Positions 24,770-37,005 of a DNA stretch of 64,000 nucleotides are shown one piece after another. The position numbers and the translations under genes were made by a program. The number at the start of each line of letters is the position of its first letter. Positions within the stretch are counted from its first letter, which is position 1. A model generated the notes under the pieces. That model was given only the letters and a program-made list of their open reading frames with translations. It had not been told where the DNA came from and did not search any database. Source of the stretch: Rhynchobatus australiae (lineage: Eukaryota); NCBI GenBank assembly GCA_034780895.1, contig JAUZTB010000075.1, positions 16,075,091-16,139,090 on the forward strand. Reading direction: 5' to 3'.

Positions 24770-27690
24770 ACAGTTAAGAGGGGATAACATAACTCTTGCT
24801 GCTTCCATCAATCTGCTTGATCAGATTTTAAGGACATCTCGAATAACCTTCTGACGTCATGTTGTGCAAGGAAGACGTTGACACTCATTGCCACAGTATG
24901 CTATGATATTTTCAGAGGACAATACTGAATTCAATTACAAAATTAGCAGAGGCACTCTTCTCTGCTCTCTCTTCACGTGACGGTTTTTTCCACAAAGGAC
25001 CTTTGGCACCTGGAGAACAAAATCGAGGTGACACTGCTTCTTCTCCCTGTGCCACCATAGCATTTCCAACAGACAGTGAAAGAAGTTGGTTATGAAGCAA
25101 CACATTAAATGCTCAGGGTTGTGAAATTACCATCTGATGAGGCACAGAGGCAGCAGTTTGAAGCGCCGGTACTTAAATCATATGGTTGGCATTAGGAAAC
25201 TAGGAGGAGGGCTCTGGGGGACTTCCCATCGTGGAACGATGATGAATGTGAAGACATAAATCACTTCAATCTGAATGAACGTCTGTGAAATGAAAAAAAA
25301 ACACACAATTAAATCTTGATTTGCGTCCGACAGCCTGGGAGGAGTCCACACCGGACGATTCTCAGCCATCTGATATATTAATGTTGCGTATGCTTGTTTG
25401 AATCTTTGATTTTGTTACTCTTGACAAACGATAAATAATGATGGACTTATCTCCACGTCTAACCTTTAATTAAAGAAGGCTAAAAAATGGAGCTTCAGAA
25501 AATTCTCCACATTTCTGTGGTGAGTGCATGTCATCTGTATTTTATTAGAGTATGCATCTTTGGGAAGAAATAAAAACACTGGCACACTGTTAATGATTCA
25601 GAATACCTCACAGAAAGCAGCGATTTATTCATCTTCTGGTCATGAGATGAAAGGTTTGAGATCTTTCTTACTGACGCAAAAACCTCGAACCAATTGGATA
25701 TCGAACACACATGATTGTCACCAGAACATTTTGAATTTTATACTTTGTGGTGGTCTGAACATTTAGTTCACAGCTCTGCAGGAATTAATTTCTTGGTGCT
25801 GATCTCCGGACCCTGCTCAAGGAAGATTAGATGCCTCAAAGGACCTCGGTGCCCGTGGCTGCCAGCGTTAAATTTCAAACTTGTTAACCTCTCGTCAGAC
25901 TTTAGGGTTTGCTGCTGGGTTGCTCACTGGGACCTGTACAATCCCTGAGGGTGGTCGGATATGTTTTAATTGAGAAGCCTGGGTAACATGTGAAGCTGTG
26001 TGCAGGATAACACCAGGGTTGGAACCAGATTAAGTTGCATCGGGAATGAAGGCCATCAAAGAAACAGAATGCTCTGCAGGAGGAGTGGACGACAGAAATG
26101 ATATGTGCACAGATGAAGTCTGAAGAACAGAAGAAATGTGAACACCAGACTGATTCTGACTGTGTGACGGAAACGATGAACAAGGAACTGTAAGATTCTG
26201 AGATTACCGGTAATTATTGTATGAAAACAGAAACTTCCCAGGTCACTGAATCAACATTGCATCCTCCCACCACCTTTGCTTCACTTTAAAACAAGACCAT
26301 TTGCAAGCATAACTTGCATGTCCAATGGTTAACTTGTACTGTGGTCCAATCATTGCACCTCATGCCCTTCAACCTCCATGGCCAAGCTCAACACCGATTC
26401 TCACCTACCTGATGGCACCCATTGTTTAATACCTGATATCTAATTATTCTTAAGTCGGAAGGTCGAGTATCAATCTGATGACTTGAACATGAATTATTTT
26501 TCACTCAATGAGGTTGAAAAACCGTGTGGCACGTTAGCATAGCCGTTAGCGCAAGGCTATTACGTCGCCAGCGATCGGGGTTCGATTCCCGTCGCTGTTT
26601 GCAAGGAGTTTGTACGTTCTCCCATGTCTGCATGGGTTTTCTGCGGGTGCTCCGGTTTCCACCCACAAACTAAAGACGTACGGGTAGGTTAATTTGGGGT
26701 TTAAAATGGCCGACGTGGACTCGTTGGGCAGGAAGGGCCTGTTACCACGCTGTAAATCAAATTTAAATATAAATTTAAATTAAAAAAAAACACCCAACCT
26801 TCCCATCAGCATTCATTCCCCAAATTGACTATTCTGCAGCCTTTTTCCAAAATCCATGATTTGCTGCCACGTTCCACGATTTCTGAGATGCACAATGCAC
26901 TTCACAGGCAGGAAAATACTTAAAATAAAGGAACACTGTTGTGTAACAGTTCTGTGGAACTTTTCTATTAAAAAGAAATAAATATAATGAGCAACGGAGA
27001 ATGCAAAGGTAAACAGTATGTCTGGTATATTCTGTATTTAGGAATGGCACATGAATTAGTTGTGAATTGCAGGATTATCTCTCATGGTTAAAATCTCAGA
27101 AAAAAAAGTGTTCTGTCCAAATGGCATTAGATTTAAACAGATGCCAACATTTGTCTCAGATACATTACTTCAAAAGAATATAAGTTTCCTGAATTGGGAC
27201 TTTGAATCATCATTAAGTCACCACAACATTTACCCACGCAACTGATGTGTAAAACAAGTTCTTTTCAACCAATGCAACACACCACATTTTAGCTTGTGTA
27301 ATAAAAGTTTTTGGGATTAACAGAATTAAAGAGTGAATGGAAAATGTTGGCAGAACCTCATATAAACCCAGAATAACAAATTGTTAACTCATTATAAAGG
27401 CCACAATACACACTCCTGTCTACTTAGGCGAATGGCCCACATGTATATCTGATCAAGTTGGCTGTTCTCATTCAGAATATTAATCTTACGATCTTCAGTT
27501 GTGCACTTAATACCCCAGAGAAGATTGACCGAGGCATATAATGTGCAAAAACAGTTTGCTGGAAGGCAGGAAAGCATGTGCAGAGATTAGTTACTGATTC
27601 AGCAAGAAGCTAAACACACTGAAGATCGACTGAAGATGGTCAATAACTGTGCTCTAAATTTCTTGAAGCACCTCATCCACGAACAAACTA
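24770..27690 (+). pseudogene. LRR relic block D
   Basis: DISNNLLTS, NSITKLAEALFSALSS, SSLKRRYLNH, LLEYASLGRNK (ORF 25524), HWDLYNP*, PPTTFASL*N, PKLTILQ/FQNP*, LLCNSSVEL, VFCPNGIRFKQMP, SFRILILRSSVVHLIP. Confidence 0.55.
26525..26790 (+). mobile_element. Near full-length tRNA-derived SINE (HE1-like)
   Basis: Pol III A-box-like tagcatagccgttag, B box ggttcgattccc, CR1-like tail (ggaagggcctgttaccacgctgta) and AT-rich/poly-A end. Confidence 0.88.
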
Positions 27691-28199
27691 TTTGGAGTTC
27701 TTGAGTCATGTCCCCTTTGCCCCACCAACTCCGTGCCAATCATCAAGCACTAATATACTACACTAATCCCAGTTTTTATTCCCTAGTTCTTATCCACTGC
27801 CCAATTTACGGTGTACAATTAACCTACCAAACACACTCATTTGGTGGAATTGGTGAGGCAAACGGCATTTTTTAATGGCATGCTGTTACTGGAGACAGTG
27901 CATTATGAAATTCAGAGCACAGTTATTGACCAGATACTGTTGCTCTTCAGTGTGTTCGGCTTCTTGCTGAATTAGTAACTGACCTCTGCACATGTGGGAG
28001 TACACGGGGAAACCTACCGTTGACAGAGAAAATATGCAAGCTCCAAAGACTGCGCCAGAGGTCAGGATCGAACTGGAATGGCTGTAGATATGAAGCAGCT
28101 CCACGAGCTGTGCCTCTGTGAGAAACAGATTTCCAGAAGGCTTCATGACAGCTAATGGTTAGAAATGGTAACTTTTTAAGCACATGTTTTACTCTTGTT

Positions 28200-28790
28200 T
28201 ATTTCAAGATTGACTTGAAAATCTCAAAATAAAATGTTGAGTTTATCAAAAGCACAAGTACATGTATGCACAGTTGCAATGAAAAACTTACTTGCAACAG
28301 CATCATAGGCACATAGAATCAGATACACAGCATTTACAAGAAAAAAATACAAATTATACAATAAAGAAGAAAATGCGAAAAAAAATCGTTGTAGTTCAAA
28401 GTGGTCAAAATGTTGCTATACTGAGATAATGTTTAGATTTGTGCAGGTTGGTACAAGAACAGACTGGTTGAAGGGAAGTAGCTATTCTTGAACCTCCTGG
28501 TCTTGTATCTTCAGACTTCTGTATCTCCTCCCCGATGGTCGCTGTGAAAACATGGCATGACCTTGCTTATGATTGCATCTATGTGCCAGATCCAGGACAG
28601 GTCATCTGATATGTTCGCAGTCGGGAACAGAAAGCTGCTGACCCTCTCCGCCACCGATCCACTAGTGTAAACTGTCAAATGTTCACCATCCTTCCCCCAA
28701 CCAAAGTCAAAAATCAATTCACTACATTTACCGACATCGAGTGAGAGGTTGTTGTTGCAGCAACACTCAACCAGGTGTCCCATCTTGCTC
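28200..28790 (-). mobile_element. Rex1/Babar-like LINE 3' fragment
   Basis: ORF 28511..28783 reads CCNNNLSLDVGKCSELIFDFG..ISDDLSW, like the WC..NNL.LN..KTKE.I.DFR motif. Confidence 0.7.
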
Positions 28791-31700
28791 CTTTTAGAAC
28801 AATTACCATTTTTTCCACCAAGAAAAGTATTGAGTGATCTGGTTGTGATCTATTTCAGGAGGATATCATAATGCTAGCAAATGCAAAATAACACTCGATT
28901 GTTAACCTCTTCATGGAAGTTTCTTGCTCATACTCTCTGACAAAAAAAGAGCACAAAACTTAAGGACAGATGACCAACATCTTGACAAATGGTTTGAAGG
29001 AAATGCCAAAAAAAAACAAAGAGATTGGAGTGGACACTGAATGGTTTCTAAATTGCAACACAACCCCATCTTGGGTTAGATTCTCAAGTTGGCTTTGTAC
29101 TAACTCAGTCACTTGGCTGGGGAAACAATATTTTCACAAAATTATAATATAAGTGATCCAGGGAAATTATATGCTTGCCTTCGCAATGGAACATTCCTGA
29201 AAACTGGTCCAAGTTTGTCGTGTGATGAACTTAGCCACAGGATCAGAATGTCATTCCAGATGTGGTTCCAAAGAGGGTGACAAGCTAAAATTCTGTTAAT
29301 GACTGAAGGTTAATAAAGGAAATGGCATGCCAGATGTCCAGTGCTTTGCACACGCAAAAGGAAGTAATTTTATCCATCATTTCTTGCAATTATGCCTCTA
29401 CACACAGATTTACATATTGAAGTATTTTGATGAATTAAGTTGAAAGTACAAATCGTTCCAGTAAATTCTGTTGATGAATGATGCACCTTCTAAAATCTTG
29501 GCTCTAATAATGACGCTTCAAGAGCATCATCATATTCTGCCCTGAATTTAAGGACAGCTAGAAATTTAACAAAGGATAGGGCACTACGCACTATTCAAAT
29601 CTCACTGTTGTTGAACACTTTTTTCCTTGAAGTAAACGAAGTTGTAGTGGAGATTTACAAGAAGAATTGTAACAGGAAGATTTGTAAACGGTTTGAGAGG
29701 TCAAGATGCAACATGGGCACATGATGTGAACCAAATTGAGGATTAACTGACCACAAATAAATGATAAAATGCAGAAATCATCTTTGGAAATAGATATTCT
29801 CCTCGGAATATAACTGCCTCTCCAAAATAACCATAGGAATCTTGTGTCTGACATTGGCCATTCTGACTCTAAGATCAGGACTTACTTCACTCAGGAGTTC
29901 AGATTTTGGGAAACGGTCGATGGTAACCACAATACAGAAGTTTCAAAGCTTTTATCTGATTTATTTTGGCCTCCAATCAGAGATCAGATTGCATTCAATG
30001 TAGTACACTGGATTTTCCACACAAAATAAAAATTTGCATCAAATTTTCTTTGAAGGTAACGCAGATTGAAATTCTCAAATACAAAACTTCTCAGATTTTG
30101 CTCCTTCCAGTTCAGTCTAAATACCAAGGTCACCTTTTGCTGGCAGCAAAGCTTCTCCTCAATGGCTAGACCTTGCACCAGGAGTCGAAATCCATCAGCC
30201 ACAGAAGAAAAATGAGCTAAAAGCCTTCTGTTAGATAAAGAGATTTAATTATGCTGCACTAAATTAATTTAACTAAAGCGTCCCAAATAGAAATTTTTAA
30301 TCTTCACTCAAAAACAGTAAGACTGGAATTCAGCAATGCGCAGGAAAATTATTTCTTTAGACATTTCAAAAGCAGAGGAAATTGAACGCCAATATCCCTG
30401 CAATGTATTGGACCACGAACACTCAGGATAAGATTGTATCTTTTGCGAAAAAGTTTTATCTGTTTAGAAACGGAAGAAGAGGGCAAAATGGCTTCTGGAG
30501 CCCGTTCACTGAAATCATGGCCATACATTAGCACTTATCTCTTCAATCCCATATCCTGTGATTCTCTTAGAATCTAGAGACTGAACATGCATGGAGACAG
30601 GAGAATTCTGCAGATGCCAGAATCTGGAGCAACACACACAAACTATGGAGGCACAGTGCAGTTCGGGCAACATCAAGGCAGGGAATTAAAGAGGTGGCGT
30701 TTTGGGTCGATGCCCTGCATCCGAACTGACATCCAGAGGAGTACATTCCCCAAAGTCGACACTATTAGAATAAAGTATTTGCTGGACTCAGCCCGGAAAG
30801 GCCAACCGTGTGTCTTGACACAATGCCCTAGTTCTACCAAGCTAATCAGCCACTCAATTGTCCACATTTTCAAGGCAATTTTGGAGTTTAAATGGCATCT
30901 CCCATTCTACAAAATTCCAGGAAATAAAGGTACGTTTCTATCAACCCTTATTCATCGGCCAGACAACTCGCTTTGAAAATCAATGTCGTAAAATTTCTGA
31001 CAAATTTTCCGATGAAGCTGGAAATCAGATGGTCAAAGGGAGTGTATGAGATGGATCTGACAGGTCAGTTTAAGGAAAACCCCAAGAGGTTCCATAGTTG
31101 CGTAAAGAGTAAAAGTGTGGCTAGAGTGCGAGTAGGTCGCCTGAGAGATCAGCAAGGCTGTCGAGTTCCCGAGCCACAGCAGATGTGTGGTATTTTCAAG
31201 AAATGCTTCTCCTTGGTTTTTACTGAGAAGGAAATCATGGTGGCTCAAGAGATAAGGAAAAAAAGTGAGGGTTTTTGGCGGAAGTTCATTATCAGGGAGG
31301 AGGTATTTGCAGTCTTACAGCACATTATGGTAGTTAAATGCCCAGCAACTAACAACATGCAGACTCAGACTTTTAGGGAGGCAAGAAAAGAAAGTTCAGA
31401 GTCCCTTGGAGAGAAATGTTCTTCACTGTTATCCATTGATGAAATTCTCTAAGAGCTGGAAGGTGGCTAATGTAGTTCGATTGTTTAATAAATGTAGGAA
31501 GGACAAGCCAGAAAACAAGAAGACAGTCAGCCTGATATCTAGACATGAGGAAGTTACTGGAGGGAATTCTGAGTGACAGGATCTAGCAGCATTTCGATGG
31601 ACCAAGTTTGATTAGGAGGAGTCAGCATGGCTTTGTGCATAGAAAGTCGTGCTTGATGAAGATTTTCAATTTGTTCCAAAGAGCTATCAAAAATGTATAT

Positions 31701-32635
31701 GATGGCATGGCAGTGCATGTTGGCTGAACTTGAGCAAGGCTTTCGACAAGGTCCTGCATGGTAGGCTGTTCTGAAAATTAGGTCCTATGGAAAAGAAGGA
31801 GAACTTGTCGGGTGGATTCCAAATTGGTTGTGAGGAGGCAGCTGAATGTGGTGGTTGAAGTTTGTTTCTTGGAATGGAGGCTGGTGACTAATGGTGTGGC
31901 GCAGGATTCAGTGTTGAGACTCTTGTTATTCATTATTAATTTTAAAAAATATTTGGATGTGAATGCGCAAGACGTGATCAGTAGTTATTTGGATAACACG
32001 AAATGGGGAGGTGGATTGATAGTGAAGTTTATTGTAGATTACATGGGGATTTTAATCAGTTAGGGAAGTGGGCCAAGGTGTGAGAAATGGATTTCTATGG
32101 AGATATGTGTGAGGTGATGCATTTTGAAGAATCAAACAAGCATAGGACTTACACTGTGAATGGAATGTCACTGGGAGTGTTTTGGAACAGAGGGACCACG
32201 GGGTACAGGTGCATAGTTATTTGAATGCGGCGTCACAGGCAGACAGAATGGTGAATAATGTGTTTTGCATGCAGGCCTTCATCAGTCAGGGTATGAGTGC
32301 AAGAGTTGTGACATTATGTTGCAGTTATGGAAGTTGTTGCCGAGGCCAGTACCGATTTTCTCACCATATTACAGGGGAAATAATGTGTTTGAACTGGAAA
32401 TAGTGCTGAAAAGAATTCCGAAGATGTTGCCAGGTCACGAGGAGCTGAGTTATAGGGAAATGGTGGACAGGCTAGGTCTTTATTCCATGGACCATAGGAG
32501 AAATAGGGACAACCTTATAGAAATATTTAAAATTATGAGATGGAGAGATAAGGTGGACGTTAGCAGACATTTCCAAAGGGTAGGAGAGTCCAATATTATG
32601 GGGCATAGATTAGGGTGAGAGGGGAAAGAGTTAAT
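28555..32635 (+). repeat. Tandem segmental duplication, copy 1 (~4.1 kb)
   Basis: Collinear with 32736-36764: Rex-like LINE piece, LRR relic, short repeat insertion and CR1 ORF2 fragment in the same order, with many substitutions between copies. Confidence 0.9.
31010..32635 (+). mobile_element. Decayed CR1 LINE ORF2 fragment (dup copy 1)
   Basis: KENPKRFHSCVKSK (ORF 30973), WRLVTNGVAQDSVL (ORF 31812), KMLPGHEELSYREM (ORF 32265). Confidence 0.9.
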
Positions 32636-32735
32636 NNNNNNNNNNNNNNNNNNNNNNNNNNNNNNNNNNNNNNNNNNNNNNNNNNNNNNNNNNNNNNNNN
32701 NNNNNNNNNNNNNNNNNNNNNNNNNNNNNNNNNNN

Positions 32736-35700
32736 GCGTGACCTTCCTTGCGATTGCATCTGTGTGCTAGATCCAGGACAGGTCATCCGAAATGCTAACG
32801 GTCAGGAATTTAAAGCTGCTGACCCTCTCCGCCACTGATCCACCAATGTAAACTATCAAATGTTCACCATCCTTCCCCTACTTGAAGTCAACAATCAGTT
32901 CTTTAGTTCTACTGACATTGATGGAGAGGTTGTTGTTGCAGCACCACTCAACCAGATGTCCCATCTTGCTCCTTTTAGAGAATTTGCCATTTTTTTTCCA
33001 CCAGGGATAAAGTATTGAGAGATCTGGTGGCAATCTGTTTCAGGAGGATATCATAACGCAAGCAAATGCAAAATACCTTGCAATTATTAACCTCTTTAAT
33101 GAAGTTTCTGGCTAATACTCTGACAAAAAAAACAAAGTTAAAGGACAGATGACCAACATCTTGACGAAAGGTTTGAAGGAAATGCCAAAAAACAAAGAGA
33201 TTGGAGTGGCCACCTAATGGTTTCTAAATTGCAACACAACCCCATCTTGGGTTAGAGTCCCAAGTTGGCTCTGCAGTAACTCAGACACTTGGCTAGAGAA
33301 ACAACTTTTTTCACAAAATTATAATATGAATGTTCCAGGGAATTGATATGCTTGACTTCACAATGGAACATTCCTGGAAAACTGGTCCAAGTTTGTGTAG
33401 TGACGAACTTAGCCACAGGATTAGAATGTCATTCCAGATGTGGTTCCACAGAGGGTGACAAGCTAAAATTCTGTTAATGACTAAAGGTTAATAAGGGAAA
33501 TGGTATGCCAGATGTCCAGTGTGTTGCACACGCAAAATGAAGTAATTTTATACATCATTGCTCCCAATTATGCCTCTACACACAGATTGACTTATTTAAG
33601 TACTTTGATGAATTAAGTCGAAAGTAAGAATTGTTCCAGTAAATTCAGTTGATGAATGATGCACCTTCTAAAAACTTGGCTCTAATTTTGACTTGCTTCA
33701 GGAACATCATCATGTTCTGCCCTGAATTTAAGGAGAGCTTGAAATTTAACAAAGGATAGGGCACTACTCACTATTCAAAGCTCACTGCAGGTTGAGAACT
33801 TTTTTTCCTGAAGTAAAAAAAGTGCCAGTGGGGGGGTTTACAAGAAGAAACAGGGATTGTAACAGGAAAATTTGCAAAGGGTTTGAGAGCTCAAGATGCG
33901 TCATGGACACATGATGTGAACCAATTTGAAGATTACCTGACCTTAAACAATGACAAAATACAGAGATCATCACTGGAAATGGACATTTCTCCTCTGAATA
34001 TAACTACCCCTCCAACATAACCTTAAAATTCGTGTCTGCCATTGGCCATTCTAGGGCTGAGATCAGGAATTAGTTCATCAAGAGTTCAGATTTTGGGCAA
34101 TGGTCTATGGTAACCGCAATGCACCAGTTTCAAAGTTTTTGTCAGAACTACTTAGTCCTACGATCAGAGATCAGATTGCATACGATGTCGTACACAGATT
34201 TTCCCACACAAAGTAAAAACTTGCAGCAAATTTTCTCTTAAGAGAATACAGATTGAATTTCTCAAATTTAAACATCTCAGATTTTGCTCCTTCCAGCTCG
34301 GTCTAAATACCAAGGTCACTTTCTGTGGGCAACACAGCTTTTCTCCTCAATGGCTGGACTTTGCACCAAGGTTCCAGTTGAGATCCATCAGCCACAGAAA
34401 AATTTGAGCTAAAATGTTTTCCCTGATAGATAAAAGGATATAATTATGCTGCACTAATGTAATTTAACTAAAGCCTCCCAAGTAGAAAACTTTAATCTTC
34501 ACTCAAAAACAGTAAGTCTGGAATTCAGCAATGCTCAGGAAAATTATTTCTTTAGACATCTCAAAAGCAGAGGAAATTGAACACCAATATCCTTGCAATG
34601 GATTGGACCAGGAACACTCAGGATAAGATTTTATCTTTTTATGAAAAAGTTTTATCTGTTTAGGAGACGGGAGAAGGGGGCAAAATAGCCTCTGGAGCCC
34701 CTTCAATGAAATCATGGCCATTCTTTAGCATTTATCTGTCCAATCCCATATCCTGAGATTCTCTAAGAATCTAGGGACTGAGCATGTATGGAGACTGCAG
34801 ATGCTGGAATCTGGAGCAACACACACAAAATGCTGAAGGCACACAGCACGTCAGGCAACATCTATGGAGGGAATTAAACAGGTGGTGTTTTGGGTTGAGG
34901 CCCTTCATCAGAACTGACCTCCAGAGGAGAACATTCCCAAAAATCCAAACTATTAAAGTAATTCCTGATCTCAGCCTGGAAATGGCCAAACATGTGTCCT
35001 GACACAATGCCCCCAGTTCTACCAAGTTAATCAACCACTCAAGTCTCCACATTTGCAAGCCCTTTTTGGGGTTTAAATATCATCTTTCATTCTACAAAAT
35101 TGCAGCAAATAAAGGCCCATTCCAATCAATCCTTCTTCCTAGGCCAGCCAACTCACTTTGAGAATCAATGTGGTAAAACTTCTGACAAATTTTACAATGA
35201 AGAGGGAAATCAGGTGGTCAAACGGAGGGTACGAGATGGATCTGACAGGTAAGTTTAAGAAAAATCCCAAGAGGTTCTAGAGCTACGCAGAGTGAAAGGA
35301 TGGCGAGGGAGCGAGTAGATCCCCTTAGAGATCAGCAAGGCTGTCTAGGTCTCAAGCCACAGGAGATGGGTGGGATTTTTAACAAATGTTTCTCCTTGGT
35401 GTTTACTGAGGAGAAAATCATAATTGCTCAAGAGATAAGGAAACAAGTGGAGACTTTTTGGAGGCAATTCATTATCAGGGAGGAGGTATATGCAGCCTTA
35501 CAGCACATTAAAGTGCAGAGGCCATTGCAGTGATATGTGCTTGATTGTTAGCCACTGATGAAATTCCTGAAGACTGGAAGGTGGCTAATGTTGTTCCATT
35601 GTTTAAGAAATGTAGCAAGGGCAAACCAGGGAATTACAAGCCAGTCAGCCTGACATCAGTAGTGGGGTAGTTACTGCAGGGAATTCTGAGGGACAGGATC

Positions 35701-36764
35701 TAGTCACATTTGGATAGACCAAGTTTGATTCGTATGAGTCCGCATGGCTTTGTGCATGGAAAGTCGTGCTTGATGAACCTTTTAGTCTTCTTTAAAAAAC
35801 AGTTACCAAAAAAGATGAGAGTAGGGCAGTGAATGTTGTCTGCTGGAATTTTAGCAAGGCTTTCAACAAGGTCCTTCATGGTAGGCCAGTCTGAAAGTTA
35901 GGTCTCATAGAACACAGCACAAACTATTTAGGTGGATTCAAAATTGGTTCGGAGGTAGGCAGCAGAGGATGGTGGTTGAAGGTTGTTTCTCAGAATGACG
36001 GCTGGTGACTAGTGGTGTGCCGCAGGGGTCAGTGTTGGGACTCTTGTTATTCGTTATTCATTATTCATATAAATGATTTGGATGAGAATGCACAAGATGT
36101 GTTCAGCAAGTTTGCTGATAACACAAAATTAAGAGGTGTGGTCGTTAGTGAAGGTTATTGTAGATTATGTGGGGATCTTGATCTGTTAGGGAAGTGGGCC
36201 AAGGAGTGGTAAATGGATTTCAAAACAGTTATGTGTGAGGTGATGGATTTTGGAAATTCAAACAAGCACAGGACTGTGAATGGTAGGACACTGGAGAGTG
36301 TTATTGAACAGAGCTACCACGGAGTACAAGTGCATAGTTCATTGAATGCGACGTCACAGGTAGACAAAGTGGTGAATAATGTGTTTTGCATGTTGGCCTT
36401 CATCAGTCAAGGTATGGAGTACAAGAGTTGTGACATTATGTTGCAGTTGTAGGCGAGGCCACACCTGGAGTACTGTGTACAGATTTTATCATCCTATAAT
36501 AGGGAAAAAAACATGGTTAAACTGGAAAGAGCGCTGAAAAGAATTCCAAAGATGTTGCCAGGACTCGAGGAGCTGATTTACATGGAAAGGTTGGCCAGGC
36601 TAGGTCTTTATTCCGTGGACCATAGGAGAATTAGGGACAACTTTATAGAAATGTTTAAAATTCTGAAATGCAGAGATAAGGTGGACGGTAACAGACTTTT
36701 CCCCAGGGTAGGGGAGTGCAATATTAGGGGGCATAGATTTAGGGTGAGAGGGGAAAGATTTAAT
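32736..36764 (+). repeat. Tandem segmental duplication, copy 2
   Basis: Both copies contain, for example, aggacagatgaccaacatcttgac (~28963 / ~33141) and aatcttcactcaaaaacagtaag (~30299 / ~34494). Confidence 0.9.
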
Positions 36765-37005
36765 AGGGGCTTGAGGGGCAACTTTGTCCACACAGGGGGT
36801 GGTGAGTATATGGAATGAGCTGCCAGAGGAAGTGGTTGAGGCAGGTACAACAGTATAAACATTTGGAATAGGTACATGGAGGGGAAGGGTTTATAGGGAT
36901 ATGGGTAGAATACAGTAAATGGGGATTAGCTGTGTGGGCACCATGGTCAGCATGGATGCATTGGGCTCAAGGGCCTGTATCTGTGCTGTATTGCTCTTTG
37001 ACTCT
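35205..37005 (+). mobile_element. Decayed CR1 LINE ORF2 fragment with 3'UTR (dup copy 2)
   Basis: HINDLDENAQDVFSKFADNTKL (RT FADD-region motif, ORF 36012) and ORF 36513..36818. Confidence 0.92.

Noticed and set aside
26525-26600. tRNA gene
   Set aside because: The A/B boxes belong to a SINE head followed by SINE body and tail.
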